Virus record (IMG/VR): IMGVR_UViG_3300044212_000090
Length of the DNA stretch: 33,170 nt
Source of the DNA: a virus
Taxonomy: Duplodnaviria; Heunggongvirae; Uroviricota; Caudoviricetes
Direction: 5' to 3' (one strand)
In this document: positions 32,265 to 33,170 of the stretch, piece after piece
Layout of the letters: the number at the start of each line of letters is the position of its first letter
Position numbering within the stretch: the stretch's first letter is position 1
Position numbers and translations under genes: made by a program
The notes under the pieces: generated by a model
What the model was told of the DNA's origin: nothing
What the model saw: the letters and a program-made list of their open reading frames with translations, nothing else
Databases searched by the model: none

Positions 32265-32864
32265 ATGTCCTTCTTCGATGGGAACAACGATCAGAGCTAT
32301 GGCGAGGGCGGCCGGGATGAGGGCGTCGCGCCCGTCTCCTCGCTGTCCGACCTGGCCCAGGATGCGCCGAACGAGGATGCGCCTGCTGCAGAGCCGGTGG
32401 CCCAGGATGCGCAGGCTGCAGAGCCTGCGCCCGTCAAGCCGAAGCGCGCGCGCTCCTCGCGGCCCCGTGCGAAGAAATCCGATGGCGTGAGCGTCAGGGA
32501 TGTGCGCGAGGTGCTGGACGCCCGCGCGAGGCTCGACGATCCGCGTCTTCGCGCCGCGCTGTCGGCGGTCTCCTCGGGCGATGACGATGCGTCGCTGGTC
32601 GTGGCGTACCTGGGCGGCGGGCTCAAGTCCGCGGGCGCTCTGCTCGTCGCGACGCACGATGCCGAGAGCGAGGTGGCGCGCTCGTTCGCGCTCTTCCGCG
32701 CGGTGGACGCCGACGCCGCATCCGTGAAGACCGCTGCGAAGGTCGCGGTCGCGCTCGACGCTTCGCTTGCCGAGGCGCTGGACGTCTCCTCCGGCAGGCC
32801 GCTCGACCTGGCCGAGGCGCTGGCGCGCGTGGTCGGCTCGCTCGACGTGGAAGCGCTGAGGTAG
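32265..32864 (+). CDS. Hypothetical protein, 199 aa (acidic N-terminus, basic linker, Ala-rich helical domain)
   Basis: SD AAGGGAGAGG; motif GACGCATAG upstream at 32198-32206. Confidence 0.75.
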   Translation: MSFFDGNNDQSYGEGGRDEGVAPVSSLSDLAQDAPNEDAPAAEPVAQDAQAAEPAPVKPKRARSSRPRAKKSDGVSVRDVREVLDARARLDDPRLRAALSAVSSGDDDASLVVAYLGGGLKSAGALLVATHDAESEVARSFALFRAVDADAASVKTAAKVAVALDASLAEALDVSSGRPLDLAEALARVVGSLDVEALR

Positions 32865-32876
32865 CCCTTGCTTCCC

Positions 32877-33170
32877 ATGATGATGACCCGCGCCCAGGTC
32901 GCCGCGCTGCTGCACGTGCCCGAGCGCTTCGTCAGACTGCTCGTCGAGCGCCATGTGCTTGAGGCTCCGGGCGAGGACGGCTTCTCCGTGGCGTCGGTGC
33001 AGCGCTCGCGCGCGCAGCGCCCGTGGCTCAACGATCTCGCCACGCCGATGAGCGACGGCGAGCTCTCGCGCATCGACTCGCGGCTGCATGTGCCCGACGG
33101 CATGGGCGCGGACATGGCGGGCCGGCGCTACGCGCCGCTCTGGCAGGTGCTCGACCGGCTCTGGCCGTGA
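32877..33170 (+). CDS. Small HTH protein (excisionase/MerR-like winged helix)
   Basis: MMTRAQVAALLHVPERFVRLLVERHVL matches the HTH_17-type pattern. Confidence 0.6.
   Translation: MMMTRAQVAALLHVPERFVRLLVERHVLEAPGEDGFSVASVQRSRAQRPWLNDLATPMSDGELSRIDSRLHVPDGMGADMAGRRYAPLWQVLDRLWP

Larger units (their letters stand above)
1..33170. mobile_element. Segment of a large conjugative element (ICE or plasmid) of a high-GC actinobacterium, probably Bifidobacteriaceae-like
   Basis: T4SS-type membrane genes, VirD4-like ATPase, CHAP hydrolase, own SSB, primase-helicase, beta clamp and ParA-like gene; no housekeeping operons. Boundaries, relaxase and integrase are not in the window. Confidence 0.8.

Noticed and set aside
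1-33170. Prophage, IS element, integrase, tRNA or rRNA
   Set aside because: No structural phage genes, transposase or recombinase motifs, or RNA gene signatures were recognised; the phage-like genes are limited to replication functions.

Overview
This is a high-GC, Bifidobacteriaceae-like segment of a large conjugative element (ICE or plasmid). No integrase, relaxase, VirB4, rRNA or tRNA is recognisable in the window. It carries T4SS-type membrane genes (CHAP hydrolase; VirB2-, B3-, B6-, B8-like candidates; a VirD4-like ATPase) and a phage-like replication set (DUF2815 SSB, D5-type helicase fused to a C-terminal primase-polymerase, a tandem RusA-like protein, a second beta clamp). It also has a ParA/MinD-like ATPase and clusters of small unknown ORFs. 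Main observation: a motif of consensus GACGCATAG recurs about 20 times, almost only between genes, and sits 8-9 nt before the start codon of nine genes that lack a Shine-Dalgarno. One of these nine genes (29253-30122) encodes a divergent protein with a sigma70 region-2-like segment, no obvious region 4 and a clamp-binding-like QLPLLF peptide. Together this suggests an element-specific, autoregulated, -10-only sigma regulon producing leaderless mRNAs. Other highlights are a solitary type I-C CRISPR repeat (candidate RNA anti-CRISPR), two near-identical 171-bp inverted-repeat-bounded units flanking the tandem RusA-like gene, and an ~830-bp strand-skewed T-rich repeat region upstream of parA. All product calls come from motif recognition by eye; no database searches were run.
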